Source of the DNA: Octopus vulgaris
Taxonomy: Eukaryota
Assembly (NCBI GenBank): GCA_951406725.2
Contig: OX597820.1
Span: 310,001 to 374,000 of the forward strand
Reading direction: 5' to 3'
Length of the DNA: 64,000 nt
Shown here piece by piece: positions 1 to 12,970 of this stretch (its first letter is position 1; each line of letters starts with the position of its first letter). The position numbers were made by a program, and so were the translations under genes. Under the pieces are notes generated by a model, which was given only the letters and a program-made list of their open reading frames with translations, did no database searches and was not told the origin of the DNA.

Positions 1-1177
<1,177 letters not shown>

Positions 1178-2365
1178 TGATTGATTGATTGATTGATTCT
1201 ATTTTCAGCTCATGAGCTGTGGCCATGCTGGGGCGCCGCCATTTGGTGTTGCTACATGGTTTTACTTCACGAAAGCTTTTTAGCAACTGCCATTTGGTGC
1301 ATGAGAGAGTTCGATTCAGCTGCCCTGATCTGCACCTCCTGCCGTGAAGTTGGTTCATCTCGGACACCCGACAGGAAGAGATCCAGTTTCATTTTAAAGA
1401 CATCTGCATCCACCCCATGCAGGTCTCTCAGGTTCTTCGGGAGGATATTGAAGAGCTGTGGGCCTCGGAAGCCCAGGCTATCACAGTATCTTGTCCTACA
1501 TCTTGATGGCAAATTTGGAGTCCTAGGCACCACGCAGTGGCGCCCAGTTTTGGCATTTGTGCAACTCTCGATGCCAAAGTTTGGGACACGTCCCTCCAGG
1601 ATCTTCCAGATGTATATTATGTCATATCTTTCCCGCCTACGCTCCAAGGAATATAGTTTTAATCTCTTGAGTCTTTCCCAGTAGCTTACATTCTGCATAG
1701 AGGCTATCTTCTTCGTGTAGCTACGCTGGATCGCCTCGAGCTCTGTGATCAACTTGACACTGGATGGTGACCATAACTGAGAGCAATAGTCAAAGTGGCT
1801 TAGGACAAGTGTCCTCCAGAGGACCATCATGGTTTCTTGTTCTCTTGTTCTAAAGGTTCTGAGAATCCATCCAGCCAGTCGTCTACATTTCATTGCCAAT
1901 TTAGCAACATGTACACGAAAGGTTGCGTCATCACTCATGTAAATACCCAGGTCATGCACTGATTGTGCCTCTGGGATTGCTATTCCTCCGGGTCCAGTGT
2001 ATTCATTGGGTATTGCATTTAGTTTTGCATGCTGATAGTATAAAGCTTGAAACTTTTCAGCATTGAACTGCATGCTATTTTTCAGCCCACTTGTATATTT
2101 TATCCAGCTCACATTGCAGGCGTTTAGTGTCCTCAGGGTTCTGTATTGCCTGTGAAACTTTTGTATCATCTGCATAACTTGTGATCGTGGCTCTCTGCAT
2201 AGCTGAGGGCATGTCTGAGAGGGCCATTATGAACAGTAGTGGTCCCAAAACAGTGCCCTGCGGAACACCGCTCACTATTTGCGTGTTAATGGAAGTGGCC
2301 CCATTGGCTACTACCACCTGACTTCTATCTTTCAGAAAGTCATGAAGCCATTCTCCCAGTTTTCC

Positions 2366-2370
<5 letters not shown>
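1178..2370 (-). mobile_element. 5'-truncated CR1/L2-type LINE (family A), RT C-terminal half with a frameshift, (TCAA)n tail
   Basis: ORFs 2075-2317 ([18 protein letters not shown]) and 1267-2175 (LYSLERRRERY); near-identical to 43925-45400 and 54047-54860; flanked by (TA)n on both sides. Confidence 0.93.
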
Positions 2371-2426
<56 letters not shown>

Positions 2427-2574
2427 GATATATATATATATGTAGATATATATATATATGTAGATATATATATATATGTAGATATATATATATATATGTA
2501 GATATATATATATATATATGTAGATATATATATATATATGTAGATATATATATATATGTAGATATATATATATT

Positions 2575-3122
2575 ATGAGAATTGAAGCTCCCCAAAGGTC
2601 AATCACAAAAAAGATAGATGGCATGTCAGACCTTGACTACTGGGGTAGACTAGAGAAGCTGAAATTGTATTCACTCCAACGACGCCGTGAACACTACATT
2701 ATCTGTATGATGTGGAAAACATTCCATCAGCACTGTCCGAATGATGTTGGCATCACCTTCAAAATGCATCCAAGGCTTGGACCACGTGCCATCCGTCCAC
2801 AACAAAAATCTAAATCGCATCACTTAACGACAATACGGCACAACTATTTCACCTCAATTGGACCCACTCTCTTCAACATTACACCAGGACACGTCAAAAA
2901 AGAAACTGACCACACAAAATTGAAGAAGTCTTTGGACAAATTCCTTCAAACAGTACCGGATAAACCACCCACACCCGGATATGTCTCCGCAAACAATAAC
3001 TCTTTGCTCGAATGGGCCTTGGTGCCCAAATCCTGAACTGAAAGACTTCGCCAGGTGGTGCTATTAAGTTAGACATGGCCTGGGCCAATACTGGCCAAAA
3101 CCTTTCTAAGTTATTCTAAGTT
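2575..3122 (+). mobile_element. 3' fragment of a second CR1/L2-type LINE (family B) with a (TTCTAAG)-like tail
   Basis: ORF 2575-3036 (LKLYSLQRRRE...SLLEW) homologous to 49731-50141(-); shared 3' end GGTGCTATTAAGTTAGACATGGCCTGG. Confidence 0.88.
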
Positions 3123-3216
3123 ATATATATGTAGATATATATATATATATATGTAGATATATATATATATATATATATATGTAGATATATATATATGTAG
3201 ATATATATACATATAT

Positions 3217-3490
3217 CATCATCATCATCATCATCATTTAACGTCCGCTTTCCATGCTAGCATGGGTTGGACAGTTCAACTGGGGTCTGGAGAGCCCGAA
3301 GGCTGCACCAGGCCAGTCAGATCTGGCAGTGTTTCTACAGCTGGATGCCCTTCCTAACGCCAACCACTCCGAGAGTGTAGTGGGTGATTTTATGTGCCAC
3401 CGACACAGGTGGCAGACGAGGCTGGCAGACGGCCACGCTCGGATGGTGTTTTTATGTGCCACCGACACAGGTGCCAGGCCACCGACACAA
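3217..3490 (-). mobile_element. 3' end of RTE-type LINE (non-coding tail ending in (GAT)n)
   Basis: Reverse complement matches 57060-57299 and 60130-60357, which follow RTE coding sequence. Confidence 0.85.
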
Positions 3491-3578
3491 TATTATGTGC
3501 ATGTGTGTGTATATATATATATTTATATATAAACATATATGTATGTCTATGTATATATTCTGTATATATATATATGTG

Positions 3579-3685
<107 letters not shown>

Positions 3686-4136
3686 ATATATACATATGTA
3701 AATCTATCTATATTTGTATGTATATATACACACACACACACACATACATGCACACATGCATGTATATACACAATTAAGCACATAAATGCAAAGCAAGGTG
3801 GAAAAAGTAGTACTCAAATACCAAAGGTAGAGTAATATGCTTTTATAAAGCTGCCTCGGTAGGAAAGGTAGGCAGAGCTTACCTACTTTGAATAAGATAA
3901 ATTGATAGCATCATTTTCCTTTTATGGCAAAATATGTACCAATTTGAAGAAAATTATGAAGGCTCTATCAAACTCTGGGCTCTTATTATCAGCCACAAAT
4001 CTGGCTACAGCCTTCTGGCTAACCAGCGTCCATTAAACCCTTCAACTTATGCCAGCATGGAAAATGGATATGAAATGATGATGATGATGATGATGATAAT
4101 AAATGTGTGTGTACACAAACACACACATGCACGCAT

Positions 4137-4185
<49 letters not shown>

Positions 4186-4385
4186 TACATATATGTATGC
4201 CTCATGTTCTCTAACCAGTAAATTCACTGCAGAAATTTATTAACTGCAGAGGTCATTCGGGCTTCAGCACGCCAAAAGAAAGACATTTGAAATATACCCT
4301 CAAATATAATAGCAGAACTTTATATACTTTCTCTTTCGGGAAGACATCTGGTGTCTAGTTCTGTAAATTATGTTTTCCATGCGAC

Positions 4386-4452
4386 AACTGCACTGAAGAA
4401 CTGCAGACATTTACACTCGTAAATGTTAACAGCGAAATCTAGGCATGTAGTT
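4386..4452 (+). ncRNA. Degenerate type-I hammerhead ribozyme in a Penelope-derived remnant (~4220-4670)
   Basis: AACTGCA / CTGAAGA / stem II (GACATTTAC-GTAAATGTT) / GAAA / TCTAGG-CA / TGTAGTT; stem I of 7 bp; the triplet reads GCA rather than GUH. Confidence 0.6.
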
Positions 4453-4669
4453 TATCACCAAATTTTGTATCTTTACATTTGTCTTGCTCATTTTACATTC
4501 TGGTTGAAATTTCTTGAGAACACATTCTTCAGGGTAAGATGATTTAGCATCTTCTTCTAGCATATTAGGAATCCACCTTGGGGGTTATTCCTCTTATATA
4601 TGTATGTAATATATTTCTTAGTCTTCGGATTTTTAAGTATGCTAGGCCACTGGTTTAAATTGATATTAA

Positions 4670-4749
<80 letters not shown>

Positions 4750-4906
4750 ACAGAATATATAAGACAGAGACAAACAAAGTGTATTAGTTTGATGCTCAAG
4801 AAAAATGGAAGAAATTTTTGATATTTCAAACCTCCACTCTTTTTGCAGAAAGGAATAATGAAAGAAAACAGTGGAGAGAGGAGAAAATGTTTCTGGATTA
4901 ATGGTT

Positions 4907-4944
<38 letters not shown>

Positions 4945-4948
<4 letters not shown>

Positions 4949-5422
4949 AGCAAAACGCCCCCCCCTTCAAATGGACAGTGCTGAATTGTCAAACATTTAA
5001 ACCAAATTTTCTCAAAACAACTTGTCCGACCATCCCATAGTCCTCTCCTCTGAGAAACTCTGATTTAATCTAAATTTGAGACATCAGCAAAAGAAGAAAT
5101 AAAGATAGACTTTTTTTCTATTCCAAAGAAAAACGATTTTATTCACACAAATATGCAACCGGAGAGTTTAAAGTACCAGTAATGATAAGGCTGTTGACTG
5201 GGAGAACACAAACATGGCTTAAGCAGTAAGCTTGGCACATTTCCATGGCTTTATTTATCGCATTCTCACCTGGAATTGATTTTTGTAATTTTTTCAAGAC
5301 TTATAACACGCCCTGATACCGTCGGTGTCTACATATCAACTTTGAGTGCAATCGAATGGAGGATGCCTGAGATCCTTGAAGACACACACAGACAGACAGA
5401 CAGAATGAATTTTATATGATAG
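4945..5422 (-). mobile_element. Probable non-autonomous Helitron/DINE-like element
   Basis: On - it starts TCTATCATATAAAA followed by (TCTG)n and abuts the 3' CTAG of the next Helitron; its own 3' end is unclear. Confidence 0.4.
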
Positions 5423-5423
5423 A

Positions 5424-5936
5424 CTAGCAGTATCGCTCGGCGTTGCTCGGGTTTGTAAGGGAAATAACTATATAAGCATTTTTAGAGAGTTACTTCCCTT
5501 ATAGATGCCAATTCGGGCTTTCTTAGCCATTTCTGTTTTGGTGTCTTCAAGCCATGAAGTCGTTATTCTAAAAGAACGCTGGTCTCCTTGACAATGCTTT
5601 ACGACGTTGATTTCCTTACACTCCCTTCCCCACAGCTTCATGAGGGAGGGAAGAAGAGGGAGAATCAAACAGGTGCAGATGTGAGTGTGGACGCCAACTC
5701 CGCCGCCATCGACACACAAAAAATTATGCATTAAAATGGAATAAAAAATTATGTTAAATTATTTTTAAAATCGTAGACTCTTCGTAGACGCGCGCTAATA
5801 CCCAGACGGGCTCGATATTAATCACTACTATAAGATACCCGAATTTGGTTAAACTGCACCGCAAAATGTGGGAGTAGTTAGGAATCTAAATCGAAGGGGA
5901 CAGACACTCACACAACTACAGTTTTATATATATAGA
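5424..5936 (-). mobile_element. Non-autonomous Helitron
   Basis: On -: A|TCTATATATATAAAA start; 3' hairpin CCGAGCAACGCCGAGCG then CTGCTAG|T end; no TSD. Confidence 0.8.
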
Positions 5937-5964
5937 TATGTATATAATATGCGCACACACATGC

Positions 5965-6130
5965 AGACAGGCTTCTTTCAGTTTCCATCTACTGAATCCA
6001 CTGACACAGCTTTGGTTGGCTCAGTGGTATTGTAGAAGAGACTTGCTCAAGGTGCTGCACAGTGGGACTGACCCGAAGATTACATGGTTGGGAAGCAAGC
6101 TTCTTACTTGCACTGCCATACCTGCACCTG
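5965..6130 (-). mobile_element. tRNA-derived SINE (family 1) fragment
   Basis: Matches copies at 9860-10022, 31250-31580, 52690-53070, 57915-58305 (-) and 53563-53900 (+). Confidence 0.75.
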
Positions 6131-6318
6131 TTAGTAGTAGTAGTAGTAATATGTTTGCAGAGGCTGTGAGCATGAAGGTGTCTTTCTTTAGTATCATTAA
6201 TTTGTTAAGATACCGAGTTACATGCGATGTCACTAACAAAGATGCTTTAAACCATTGCTTGACTTCCATTATGATGACTATATTGTTTCCTTTTCTCTCC
6301 CTTTTTTTGTTTTTCTAG

Positions 6319-6408
6319 ACTATGATGAAATACGAAATGAAAAGTATGCAAAACAAATATTTAGAAGAAAGGGAAAAAGCCTTGCAAGAAGAGAAAGAAT
6401 CCAGAGAG
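6319..6408 (+). CDS. CCDC91: Internal exon of a CCDC91-like coiled-coil protein (TMMKYEMKSMQNKYLEEREKALQEEKESRE)
   Basis: Polypyrimidine tract + TAG acceptor, GT donor at 6409, 90 nt, phase 0, E/K-rich; joins in frame to the 28078 exon and fits the register of vertebrate CCDC91 as I recall it. Confidence 0.75.
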
Positions 6409-6923
6409 GTGATTAATTTTTGATGTAACAAGGCTCAGTTCCTTGAAAGAAAACATTTTAGTGAGGTGCCCATAACAGTCTGGTGTAAAGTAGGGGTCAG
6501 ATTGAGTATATATACTGTGATACATAAATTACAGACAGTTAGGGGTTTGTTTGTCTTAAGGTAAGGTCTAAAGATTGAATGGAAGTAGTGAATGGAGAGC
6601 TTTCGGAAGATAAAGTACAAATTCAATAAACATTCTGTTACATCTTCAGATCATCATTAAGATAAGCGAGAGGAAGAATTTCTGTGGAAGAGTTTCCCCA
6701 CTTTTGATCTCGGAGCTGCTGAAAGGATCACTTTGCAATAACCAGATTTCCAGTGTTTCTAATTCTAGCAATAAATAAATGGGCTGATATAGTTGCATTA
6801 TCTGCTAATTAGTTAACTATTAACATCATCTCTTTCTTAACGAACAGAATGAAGCTTTTTGCTGACTATATAAGACTTAATCATAGTTTATAAATCTAGC
6901 AAATCGTATGTGTATGTGAGCAT

Positions 6924-6958
<35 letters not shown>

Positions 6959-6959
6959 C

Positions 6960-7195
6960 CAGAGTAAGCACATAAATGTGAAACTAGGTGGGAAAAAATA
7001 GCACTCAAATAGTAGAGGTAGAGTAATATACTTTATTAGTAAAGCTGCAAAAACATCTCAGAGTTTCATGTTCCCGTTTGTCAGTTAAGATCCAGTCTGG
7101 ATCACAATTGCCTGATGAACAGAAACATGAAGCTATGAGTAGCAGTTTCTTTGTGATATTTTTGCAGCTTTAATAATAAAGTACACACACACACA
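6960..7195. mobile_element. Foldback Penelope-derived remnant carrying an HHR motif at 7106-7147 (+)
   Basis: Inverted arms (TACTTTATT..AAAGCTGCAAAAA / TTTTTGCAGCTTT..AATAAAGTA); AATTGC-CTGATGA-..-GAAGC-TATGA-GTA-GCAGTT, with GAAAC intact in the other arm; related fragment at 3773-3855. Confidence 0.6.
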
Positions 7196-8189
7196 AGGTA
7201 AATAGGGTTAAACTCTTGAGTTGTGTCCTCTTGAAGTACATTTACTTCTTCCAGTTTTCCAATACATATATAGTTGTAATATTTGTGTGAGGTATGCATA
7301 AGAGTTGAAAATACTGGAAAACTATTTCCTGACAAGTAATAATATCGAAATAGGAGATTGGAAAATTTATTGGCATTATTCATTCACCACCTCACATGTT
7401 TCATTTGCTAATAGGAGTTAGAAAATTGTACATGTAGCAGAAAACATGTAAGATATCTCCAAGTAGAAGTTCTTCAGACAGAAACTCAAATAGATTAATC
7501 TCTTGTAGGAGATAATCTTACATGTCCACTCCTGCGTTTACAGTTTGTAATTCCTTTTAGCAGTGAAACATGTAATGATGAATAAACAATACCAAAAAAT
7601 TTTTTAGCCTCCCGTTTGCATATACATACATACATACATACACACATACACAAACATACATATACACACACATACATGCATAAGAGAGGAATAGGTAGGT
7701 GTTTATTTATTAACTGGTGAAAGGACCCATTGCAGATCTAAAGTCAGATATTTTTGAAATTTTGCTTGTAGCTGGCCAGCTGCGATGGTAAAGGATTGTT
7801 GTTATCCAAACCACAAACAGTTTAATATTTTAAATTTAAATTACCATTCTTTGGTCATAAACCATTTTTCTTGCATAGGCGAGGAATCTCTATGAAAATA
7901 TATCTGTTAGAGAAATAATAGTCTGTATTAGGTATGAGTCACAATTTTATTTGATGGTAAAATTTGGTCAAATTCCATATCCACGTCATTGAAGGTCATA
8001 TGTACCCCTGTGTTCTGTGATCTTTATTGCAGCCTCATTGAAACTCTTCAAGATACTTTATACCATCATTGTATCTACTTGTGTTGCGGGTGATTTATGA
8101 CGGCTTACTAGATAAAGGGTCAGCAAGCTGTTTATTAGCTGGACCCAGTTTCCAACACATTTGATTTTAATTGTCTCTGTATAAATCAC

Positions 8190-8742
8190 AGCATTTGATG
8201 GCTTAAAAGACTCCCAGGCATATTTGATGGCTTAAAAGACTCCCAGGCATATTTGATGGCTTAAAAGACTCCCAGGCATATTTGATGGCTTAAAAGACTC
8301 CCAGGCATATTTGATGGCTTAAAAGACTCACAGGCATATTTGATGCACTCCAATTTCACTGGCACATATTCAAGATAAAAAAAAGGTCTCACTGCATGAA
8401 AGCTTGTAATAGTGAAAACAGCTTCACATGTAGGACCCCAAAGGATTTTTTTTTCTAAAAAAAAACACAGTGCATCTTATATGCCATCAAACTCAATAGA
8501 TATATGTTTGTATACATATATGTGTATGTATACATATGTATAAATATGTGTGTATATACACACATACACCATATTTGATGGCATAAAAGACATGCTGTCA
8601 ATTTAAATGCATCCCAATTTCAACAACACATATTCAGGAGAAAAAGTTTGTAGCGCATTAAAATGCATAATTTAGGACCCAGGGTGGGACGGAGGGGGGA
8701 TGCCAAGAAAAATTGCACCTTATATATCATCAAATACAGTAG
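8190..8742. mobile_element. Two adjacent pogo/Tigger-like MITEs (~8190-8497 and ~8565-8742)
   Basis: TIR-like CCATATTTGATGGCATAAAAGAC with inverted counterparts TCTTATATGCCATCAAA (~8475) and CCTTATATATCATCAAATACAGTA (~8718). Confidence 0.55.
8193..8345 (+). repeat. 29-bp minisatellite, ~5 copies (CATATTTGATGGCTTAAAAGACTCCCAGG)
   Basis: Direct reading. Confidence 0.95.
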
Positions 8743-9342
8743 TCTTAAATCTGTAATATGAGCAGGTACCTATCAACACTTGAGGTAGTAGGGGGGGTGC
8801 TGAATATTTAATTAGTTATGCTGAGTTTAGATCCGCTGATGTGTATGGCTGTCCCTGTTTCATTTTCCCTAAATACACGAAGACAGTCTTTAAGTCGTGT
8901 TAGTGTGACGTAGTAGGTTGTAGCATGTTCTTGTGTTTTATGTGTATATAACACAATGTGGATGTCTTCAGAAAAGGAACTGGTCATTCTCCTATCCATG
9001 GTACTGGATGAACCAACAGCCCAGCCACAATGAAGTACAGGTGAGGGCGACAGTCTCAAACTCCTTCATACACCAAATGGGCCAATAACCTAGCAGATAT
9101 GAAATCTCACCACCCTGAAGAAATCAGCCTAAGAATGATATGTAAAAGTAGGCAATCATAGCTGTGCTCCAGCAAGACTACAGCTGCATAGCTGAAACAA
9201 ATAAAAAAAGAAAGATTGCCATTGGTTTCATGTCAAGAATTCTCAACAAGTATCCTTGTTAAACCATAAATAAAGAACATTTATCCACCAATGCAGTGTT
9301 GAACACTTGTTCTCACTGTTCAATGTTAGCATATATATATTA

Positions 9343-10022
9343 TTTTCTTTCTTTCAGTCATTTGACTGTGGCCATGCTGGAGCACCGCCTTTAGTGGAAC
9401 AAATTGACCCCAGGACTTATTCTTTGTAAGCCTAGTACTTATTCTGTCCGTCTCTTTTGCCGAACCTCTAAGTATATATATAGATATATATATGTATATA
9501 TATATATATATATATAACACAAAGTAACTTAGGGGTTATGGGTGCAACCCTCTAAGGGATAGTATTTATCCAATATACTGTTGGTAAAGTACCCAGATTC
9601 TTAATACGTAAATGATTTTAATTACAATGCAATTAACTTATTTATTGTATTAAACAGGTGAAGGTAAAGAAATATTTTACCGTTAATTTATAATACAAAT
9701 AAGGAAATGGAGAAACAAATTTGGTTTTTTCATCAACTTTCGGATATTAGAATGTTGGATTATTTATTCATTTTGTTAAATGAATTTGTTTCTCCATTTC
9801 CTTATTCATATTAAATGTAAAAATCACCGTCTGAACATGGCAGATATATAGATATATACAACAGGCCTCTTTCAGTTTATGTCTACCAAATCCACTCACA
9901 AGAATTCGGTTGGCCTGAGGCTATAGTAGAAGACACTTGCCCAAGGTGCCATGCAGTGGGACTGAACCCAGAACCATGTGGTTGGTAAGCAAGCCACTTA
10001 CCACACAGCCACTCCTGTGCCT
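9343..10022 (-). mobile_element. tRNA-derived SINE (family 1) interrupted at its (TA)n region by an AT-rich insert with inverted arms (9697-9721 / 9784-9806)
   Basis: 3' part 9343-9472 and 5' part 9860-10022 match the intact copy at 57915-58305; ATAAGGAAATGGAGAAACAAATT and its reverse complement lie in between. Confidence 0.7.
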
Positions 10023-11179
10023 ATAAATTTTAAATATAGGGTAGAAATTAAATATTCATTTTTTACCATTGACCAGCATGAGTAAAAATGATGAACCATA
10101 GATGGTTTAATGCATTGGTTGATTAACTAACTAATTAGTGTATTTAATTGTTGGCGAAACTTCAAAGTACGGGAATGTCTAATCATTTTTGAATTCTCTG
10201 AAATTGTCTTGCTTGCCTACATTCAACGTGCCAAAATAAGAATAGCTTTTTCTTGGCTTGGGATTTAACTCCCATTTCTAGCATGATAGAAAACCACTTA
10301 GTGGCTTTCCCTCAGTGTATAATTCTTATACACACATATAATATATATATAAATATATTTAACCATGAAATATTAGTCTTCTATTGGCTTACACACCTCA
10401 AACGGTAGTGGATGTCAACATGACATACAGGCATATGTGTTCTCACCTTCATCATGAAAGGTGGGCTGAATTAGGCGATTAGTGGGGTGAGGAGGACCCA
10501 GTCTGCTCACAACTAAATATTCAATCTTCTACCCCAGCACCAACAAACTATATCCATATTATTATTTATTTTTGTTTATTTCATGGAAGATTAATTCTTA
10601 TAATGAAGTGGTATTGAATTACTTTGGAAGATCATTGGTTCTTATCAACCCCTTGTGGAATAAAAAAACAACTCAGCTGTAGCAGGATTTGAACTTGGAA
10701 CAGTAACATACTAAACTCATTACAATATAGCAAATTGCCAGGTAGGCAATTTGTGTCTCAGATATCTCAATTACCCTTGCAACAAACTTCTGTAGAGGTT
10801 GTTTGATCTAGAAATGGCAGCCAAACCTCACTCAAATTGCACTACCATGTTGAATAAAGCAATCCTAGATGAACTAGAAAAAAGACCAGGTGGTCATAGC
10901 TAGAATGCCGTTTAGCATAGGTCTACTCAGTCAGGAGTGACTTGGGGTTAAATAACATATTAATGAAATAAAATAAAAAGAGTGAAAGGAACTAGCAAAA
11001 ATAAAAAAAATTTTAAAAATCTATCAGCTAAGATTAAGCTAAATTTGGAGTGTTTCCAAAGAATTAAGATCTTTTATGCTGTAGATAAAATGTATGGTGT
11101 TACTCTCAGCAGCTCTCGTTTTTGTGTGTACAGACTTCCTGTAAGACTTAAAGTTCAAGTTATTAAATATTTGTAAGAT

Positions 11180-12055
11180 TGGTTTCAAATTTTGACACAA
11201 GGGCAACAAATCTGGGGCTGGGGGTAAGCAAATTACATTGACCCCAGTACGCAACTGGTACTCATTTTATTGACCCCAAAAAGATGAAAGGTAGTTGACT
11301 TTGGTGGAATTTGAACTCCAAATATAAAGACAGAGAAAAATGCCAGTAATCATTCTGCCTGCTCACTGCCTTAACTATTGGTACCATTAAGATTTTATTC
11401 AAGGTAGCAAAACTGGCAGATCCGTTGGCATGCCAGGCAAAATGCTTAGTGCCATTTCATCTGTCTTTATATTTAGATTATTTACATTATTTACATTTAA
11501 CGGATATTTGTCCTCATCTTGTTTGTTGTTAACACGTGTCAGCTGATATACCCTCCAGCCTTCATCAGGTGTCTTGGGGGAAATTTCGAACCTGGGTTCT
11601 CATTCCTAAGGTATTTTTCAATGTTATTATTATTATTCAGGTCACTGCCTGGAATCAAACTCACGGGCATATGGCGTAGTGGTTAAGAGCGCAGACTACT
11701 AACCCCAAGATTCTGAGTTCGATTCTAGGCAGTGATCTGAATAATAATAATAACATCGTAAAATACCTTAGGAATGAGAACCCATGTTCGAAATTTTCCC
11801 AAGACACCTGATGAAGGCTGAAGAGTATATCTGCCAAAACGTTGTGTAAACAACAAACAAGATGAGGACAAATATCTGTTAAATGTAAATAATGTACATA
11901 ATACCTCATCTCTCAAATATAGAACTGTTTTGTTGACTTTGCTTTTCATCCTTTCAGGGTCAATTAAATAAGTACCAGTTGCGCACTGGTGTTGATGTAA
12001 TCATCTTAGCTCCTTCCCCAAAATTGCTGGCCTTGTGCCAAAACCTGAAACCAAT
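11180..12055. mobile_element. Divergent pair of family-2 SINEs (11180-11370 -, 11403-12055 +); the + copy is interrupted by the foldback element
   Basis: Core GACTTTGCCTTTCATCCTTTCGGGGTC..AAGTACCAG as in 15066-15275. Confidence 0.75.
11477..11926 (+). mobile_element. tRNA-headed, HHR-tailed SINE-like element with an upstream inverted copy of its 3' part (copy 1)
   Basis: Inverted arm 11477-11663; head from 11665 with A box TGGCGTAGTGG and B box GAGTTCGATTC; GACAC-CTGATGA-AGGCTG..at 11803-11847; second copy at 24539-24932. Confidence 0.8.
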
Positions 12056-12752
12056 GTTAAGATTTGATGGAAACCAAAATTTATGAAGTTGTTTAACCTA
12101 ACTAAACAATCTGTGAGCTTTTCTATTGAAATGGTTCTGATTTGATACTTCTCTCACGAAGTTATTCAAAACACCTCTCTCCTTCAGGCTTTTTTTTTTT
12201 TTAAATCTTTCCCTAATATCCAAATGGGCTGTTGTTGCTACTATAAAAAAAGAAAAGAAAAAAAAGAGAGAAAAAGATGTGGAGTATCTTCTTTGCTCTA
12301 TTCTGAATATTTTATTTAATTCCTTATATTGTAAGAATTCCATTCCTTCTTCGGATCACATTATGCCCTAATGTGATTTTATCATTGAGTTGGAACTTTT
12401 TCTTTAGCTTCTTTTGTGGGTTGGGGATGGGTTATCATAACATCACTCTCATCATCATCATTATTTATTTATTTATTTATATTTAAATTATAAATATGGC
12501 AGGTGTTGTATAGTTTGTGGTAATAAATTCTCAAATTACCCAGTTTTGATGAAAACAAGTTGGAGACTTGTATTGCTAATGTATGGACTTCGCAAGCTTC
12601 CACATTCCACCTCTTCTATAAACCTGAGGCTTGATTCCAATGTAGGAATATTATTATTATTGTCAATGTAATCAGTTCCCCACTCCCCTCCAAAAACTGC
12701 TCCCCCCATACCAAAATTTGAAACCATTATTATTATTATTATTATTATTATG

Positions 12753-12970
12753 AAGGCAATGAGCTGGAGCATCATTAACATGCTGGACAAAATGCTTAGT
12801 GGCATTTCTTTCCGCACCAATATGTCCTGAGTTTAGAGTCCACTGAGGTCAGCCTTACCCTCCATCCCCCTGAGTTCAATAAGATAAATACCAATTGAAC
12901 ACTGGGGTTGATGTACTCAACTTATCCCCTCCCCTCAAAATTTCTGGCCTTGTGCCTATTGTAGAAAGAA
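12753..12970 (+). mobile_element. Family-2 SINE
   Basis: Similar to 15066-15275. Confidence 0.7.

Noticed and set aside
8781-8922. Two let-7-like strings (TGAGGTAGTAGG at 8781; TGACGTAGTAGGTTGTA at 8906)
   Set aside because: Neither matches the full mature let-7, the longer one has a seed mismatch, and I could not fold a convincing pre-miRNA hairpin
11665-11736. tRNA gene (also 14172, 24672, 30420, 35180, 60590)
   Set aside because: A/B boxes are present but there is no proper cloverleaf or acceptor stem; these are SINE heads
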